This document shows, one piece after another, positions 59,905-64,000 of a stretch of 64,000 bases of DNA (its first letter is position 1; every line of letters starts with the position of its first letter). A program made the translations under genes and the position numbers. The notes beneath the pieces are model-generated. The model saw only the letters and a program-made list of their open reading frames with translations. It was not told the DNA's origin and ran no database searches. Source of the DNA: Hamiltosporidium tvaerminnensis FI-OER-3-3 (lineage: Eukaryota > Fungi > Microsporidia); the NCBI GenBank assembly GCA_022605425.2, contig CM061246.1:434001-498000 (forward strand), in the 5' to 3' direction.

Positions 59905-61073
59905 TTACTCAAGAATCATTTGTCTTACCTCAGCCTTTTGCAAATATCCTAACATTTTACGGTAAAAAGAACTACAATGTTCTCCCGTGATTTCATTAAA
60001 TTTTTCATAAATTAATATTCTCAACTGAGGCTCAGTACGAGCACCACCTCGAATTGCTTTATTTTTCCAGACTGAGAATACATTCTCAATTGGATTAAGA
60101 AATGGAGAGTAAGGTGGAAGATATTTTATTCGATACGAAGCAATTTCCTCATCATCATTCAATCCACGATAGTGATGAATTCTCGCATTGTCCATTACAA
60201 ATATTGGAGTCAAAATTCCTTGCCTTTGACAACTTTCATTAATCTCCTTAATAAATAACTTGAAATCCTCACCATTTACGGCCCTCTCATGAATCTTATA
60301 GTATATCATACCATATTTGTTAATTGCTGCGACTACTGAAATATTTCTACTTCGAGCTGCTGTTACAGATAGGTATGCAGATTCAGCTCTCATGTTAAGA
60401 CCTCTACTGGGGCGTGTGACTACTGCAAACCCAACTTCATCTAAAAAGACAAAGTTTTTGTCATCGTTATCAACCTCCAACTCACGAAAACTAGTTGCGT
60501 AATTGGTTCTTAGCTCAATTGTCGAAAGTTTATTTCTACGCTCAGGCACTAATGTTACACGCTTTAGAGTGTAATGGAACTCCCTTAGTGCGCGATCAAT
60601 TGTACTAGTTGACACATCAATATTAAATGTACATTTGACCCATTCTGCCAACTCATACAGGGTTTTTGTACATTCCGAATCAACATAGGTTTGTAGGCTC
60701 TCTTTTAATCCAAAGTTAACTTTGAGCGCCTATCACCACCTCTTTTATCGACAAATACCAAGCCAGTTTTTAAATATCGTCTAACGATACTATTAACCGT
60801 CTGGTAATTTATTCGATACATCGAGGCAATTGCGGACATAGAATAGCCTTCTAATGTCTTTTCAATTATGCGTTCCCGATCATTAATAGAAACTTTTTGT
60901 TTCCTCAGAGTTGGAATGGTGGATAGTAAGAGATTTTCATCATGCGATCCAGATGTTTCTACAAGACACTTCAAAACATTGTCATTTTCGCACTCTATAT
61001 ATTCCGGTGTTTCACCTACATGAAAATCATATTTGTTCTCGTTGGTATTTTTACCTGAAAAAGAATTTGACAT
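59905..61073 (-). pseudogene. DD34E transposase split by a -1 frameshift (HTH ORF 60705..61073 + DDE ORF 59905..60651)
   Basis: HTH (SMSAIASMYRINYQTVNSIVRRY..RGGDR). Triad FLDEVGF / MDNARIH / YSPFLNPIE with 34 residues between the second D and E. CCC directly precedes the ATG. Confidence 0.88.
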
Positions 61074-61190
61074 GGGAGTTAATTTTATAATGAATGAATT
61101 ATTTTTTAAATTTTTATTTTATAAATTTCTATTTTTTTAATTTTTTTATATTTTTATTTAATAAAATTCTGGGTTAACAAATTTTTCTTT

Positions 61191-62318
61191 TTAAATAATT
61201 CTTTCCACCATTTCAACCACTTCTATCTCTTCCTCCAACTCCAACTCTTCAGTTGTATTAGTTGTTGGTTCTTTTGCTGTGGTTATGCCATCCAAAATAA
61301 GGGGTAAAATATTTTTTGTATTTTCCGTTTTAACATCATCTTCCTCGTTGTCTACTTGCTTTAAAGGGGGTATTGGTTGTTTATGCATCTCAGCTCCTAA
61401 GATAACACTTAATGATGCTCTCTCCCAGCTCTCCTCGGCATTTGGACCAGACTCAAGTCCTCTTCGTCGATCAAAAGAAATTGTTTCGACTGTCTTCTTG
61501 AGTACTATGGATTGTATATATGCCTCTACATTCATGGGTATTTGCAGTCTCTTAACATACGTCTTATGGTATTTTGTCACAATACCGTCCCATGTTATCA
61601 CATAAGGAATTATCTCTATACTACATTTATAAATAAGGCCCAGCTCATTTGCTAATAGGTCATACTTCTTAAGTTTCTCTGTTTCAACTATTTGAAGTGA
61701 GTCTTGGGAGGTGATTCCTACTTCAATGAGGGTAATCTTATTTTGTCTCTTGTCTAAAACGAATATATCTGGCCTATTATTTCGAATTTTGACATCAGTT
61801 TTTATTCTGGTGTCCACTCTTATCTCTGCATACTCATTATCAAGAATTTCTTGAACTGAGTGGCTTCTGATTCGTTTTGAAGACTTGAATTTATATTTAT
61901 TCAGCAAGAGTAAATGTATACATCGTACCACTTCATTATGTCGTCTAGTATAGTCATGACCAAGCATTTTTTCACATCTCGTTGCTAAGTGATCAACAGT
62001 TTTCCTAGACTGGTTGCAGTGTTGACACATACCTTCTGCACCCCAGAATACATTTCTATCCTGGATATAACAGAACACTGCTTCATCACGTGGTCTTACA
62101 CTTCCTTTCTTTAACCATCTTGAGGAGTCATTTACACTTACCAGCTCGTTATTTTTAGCGCTATATAACTTTGAATGTAGTTTTCGGTTTTTGATTTCGT
62201 TATATAGGTTAGCTAGTTCAGCTTCTTCCAATTTCTTTTTTGTGACTTCCTCTTCCAACCCGTATTTTATTTTTAAAAACTTTTTAATTAGTGAAAGGTG
62301 AGTTTTATTACTATTCAC
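61191..62318 (-). CDS. Linker + CCHC + RLE endonuclease + acidic tail ORF of copy C (best-preserved version)
   Basis: SRWLKKG, CQHC..DHLATRC, RRHNEVV, RPDIFVLD..IEVGIT..EKLKKY. Confidence 0.85.
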   Translation of the reverse strand: MNSNKTHLSLIKKFLKIKYGLEEEVTKKKLEEAELANLYNEIKNRKLHSKLYSAKNNELVSVNDSSRWLKKGSVRPRDEAVFCYIQDRNVFWGAEGMCQHCNQSRKTVDHLATRCEKMLGHDYTRRHNEVVRCIHLLLLNKYKFKSSKRIRSHSVQEILDNEYAEIRVDTRIKTDVKIRNNRPDIFVLDKRQNKITLIEVGITSQDSLQIVETEKLKKYDLLANELGLIYKCSIEIIPYVITWDGIVTKYHKTYVKRLQIPMNVEAYIQSIVLKKTVETISFDRRRGLESGPNAEESWERASLSVILGAEMHKQPIPPLKQVDNEEDDVKTENTKNILPLILDGITTAKEPTTNTTEELELEEEIEVVEMVERII

Positions 62319-63134
62319 AACCTTTAGGATTGCTGCTCTTCTGGTCGATGTATATTTATGTTTTTACAGACAATCCAAGAGTTGCAAAAACATTGTTCGC
62401 TTTTGAACTCGACACTATCTAAACCTCTTCCAAGTTCTTTACGTGGAAGGTATAGACGTTCTTTGCATCCTGGGCGTAGATGTATTTTGTTCTTTACTAA
62501 CACTGCACGCACCGCATCATCTAACTTAGAAAAGTCAGCCGGTTCTAGTCGGAGTACACCTATATGATAGTTTAGTAAAGAAATTGCATGTTGATGAATG
62601 GCTTGAAATAAATTTCTTGCATTTAATCTCGTGCAAAAAAGTCTTTCTACTCGTGCTAAAAGTTTAGTCTGTACTTCCTCAAGCGATTACTTGTTGGAAT
62701 TACTCTGCTATCTTCTATAATTCCAAGGTATTTATAAACACCTATTCCTTCAAGAAGAGTAGCAGTATCTTCACAACATGGATCATTAGTGGCTGACTTC
62801 TCTTTGTTAATTTCCAATCCTATATTATTCATAAACTTTTTAACCTCCTCAGTCATTTCTTCCAATGTTTGTCCATCTTCGGCAAGGAGCTTAAGATCAT
62901 CAATAAACAAGAGATGATTAGTCGCGTGGGATTCTGCATCTGTTTGTACTGTCACTTTTGTGTATTTTTCATTAAGCTTTCAGCTCAGTGGATCTATACA
63001 CAATACAAACAATAATGGTGACAGACTATCTTATTGTAAATCTCTCTATCGATCTTTTTGCACATAGTTTTTTCAGGCTCTAATGATATATCAAGTTTCT
63101 ATTTTGATATAATTATTTTAATAAATTTTAGGAT

Positions 63135-63965
63135 TCAATACGGTAAATTAAGGTTTTCAATGCATTGAGTCAAATAAGCATGATCTATTGAATCATAAGC
63201 TTTTTTGACATCAATCCATGTTGCCTTAAGATTGTTTCCGTACTCTTTATTAATGGCAATATTCAATAGGGCCTGTTCTTTCGCTCCTTGCACTCCTCTT
63301 ACTGCTCCCAACTGATTTTCTGAAAGTAATCCTCGTCTTTCCACCTCAATCTGTACGACTTTAGTAACACATTTTGTAGTTAGTTTATACAGATTTGACA
63401 TACAGGTTATTGGTCTGTAATCAGAGCCAGTCTTTGGTGTACCTTTAGGTATCAGATAAGTAAGTCCACAATAATACCAATCGGCTTGAGGCGTTCCTTC
63501 TAAACATATGGCTTTCACAATATCGTAAAGATATTTATGAAGGCTCGTAAGTTTCTTGATGTAAAAGTTATAAATACCATCAATTCCAGCGGCTTTCCAG
63601 TTAGGCAGCCAATTGATGATATCTATAAACTCTTCAAGTAAAGGAAACGTGGTCTGGTGCGTATCTGACACGAAAGGTATCAAATACTCATCATATGTAA
63701 CTACTTTATCATTTTTATTCCACATTGTAGACCAAAATTCTGAAATTTCGTCACGATAAACCACATGCTCGGATTCAACGCGCTCAGATAACCCTCGATA
63801 GAATCGACCTCGGAATAACTCAAACATACGATTCTCTTTTCGAAATTTTCTCCTACTTTCATACATCGTAATTTTTTTCTCGTAAACATTCAAAGCCTCA
63901 TTCTTCTTAACCAAAGCCTCAGAGAGATCATTTATTTTGCTTAAGTCTAAATTAAACTCTCGCAT
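63135..63965 (-). CDS. RT N-terminal part of copy C (partial)
   Basis: Nearly identical to the last 276 aa of 46368..48167, with the same premature TGA. Confidence 0.85.
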   Translation of the reverse strand: MREFNLDLSKINDLSEALVKKNEALNVYEKKITMYESRRKFRKENRMFELFRGRFYRGLSERVESEHVVYRDEISEFWSTMWNKNDKVVTYDEYLIPFVSDTHQTTFPLLEEFIDIINWLPNWKAAGIDGIYNFYIKKLTSLHKYLYDIVKAICLEGTPQADWYYCGLTYLIPKGTPKTGSDYRPITCMSNLYKLTTKCVTKVVQIEVERRGLLSENQLGAVRGVQGAKEQALLNIAINKEYGNNLKATWIDVKKAYDSIDHAYLTQCIENLNLPY

Positions 63966-64000
63966 AATTTTTCTGAGACTTTTCGTTTCCGAAGTAGAGA

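Larger units (their letters stand above)
59698..61150 (-). mobile_element. Tc1/IS630 (DD34E) DNA transposon, one TIR interrupted by retrotransposon copy C
   Basis: Starts after TA (59696-59697). 59825-59876 is the inverted match of 61099-61150. A transposase lies between. Confidence 0.88.
61150..64000 (-). mobile_element. R4/Dong-like RLE retrotransposon, copy C (5' end outside window)
   Basis: ORF pieces 63135..63965, 62656..62955 (HLLFIDDLKL catalytic motif intact), 62324..62512 and 61191..62318. Same 3' terminus AACCCAGAATTTTATTAAATAAAAAT as copy B. Confidence 0.95.

Overview
Very AT-rich, gene-sparse eukaryotic DNA. It is most consistent with a large-genome microsporidian, Hamiltosporidium-like (inference from intron-less divergent genes, CCC motifs just upstream of ATGs and expanded LRR-like pseudogenes). 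Host genes: a compact fungal-type adenylate cyclase, an RNase P Rpr2/Rpp21 subunit, probable TRAPPC8/Trs85-like and TTI1-like proteins, a ubiquitin-like/AN1 zinc-finger protein and several small hypotheticals. About a fifth of the window derives from one R4/Dong-like non-LTR retrotransposon family (RT + CCHC + PD-(D/E)xK endonuclease): two full-length copies bounded by target-site duplications (TSDs), one copy cut by the window edge, and at least six fragments. There is also a DD34E Tc1/IS630 transposon whose TIR is interrupted by that retrotransposon, two RTE-related SINE-like families and an unexplained two-member non-coding repeat family sharing one terminal module. Most notable: (1) both full-length retrotransposon copies begin exactly at the ORF ATG, with no 5' leader; (2) short copies break at an internal CCC-ATG, and one fragment supplies the Rpr2 stop codon; (3) the three large copies are mosaics sharing the same inactivating lesions; (4) a 233-bp TSD-flanked RTE-derived element has a compact pseudoknot-forming 5' end, a ribozyme candidate. 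All homology calls come from motif recognition by eye; no searches were run.
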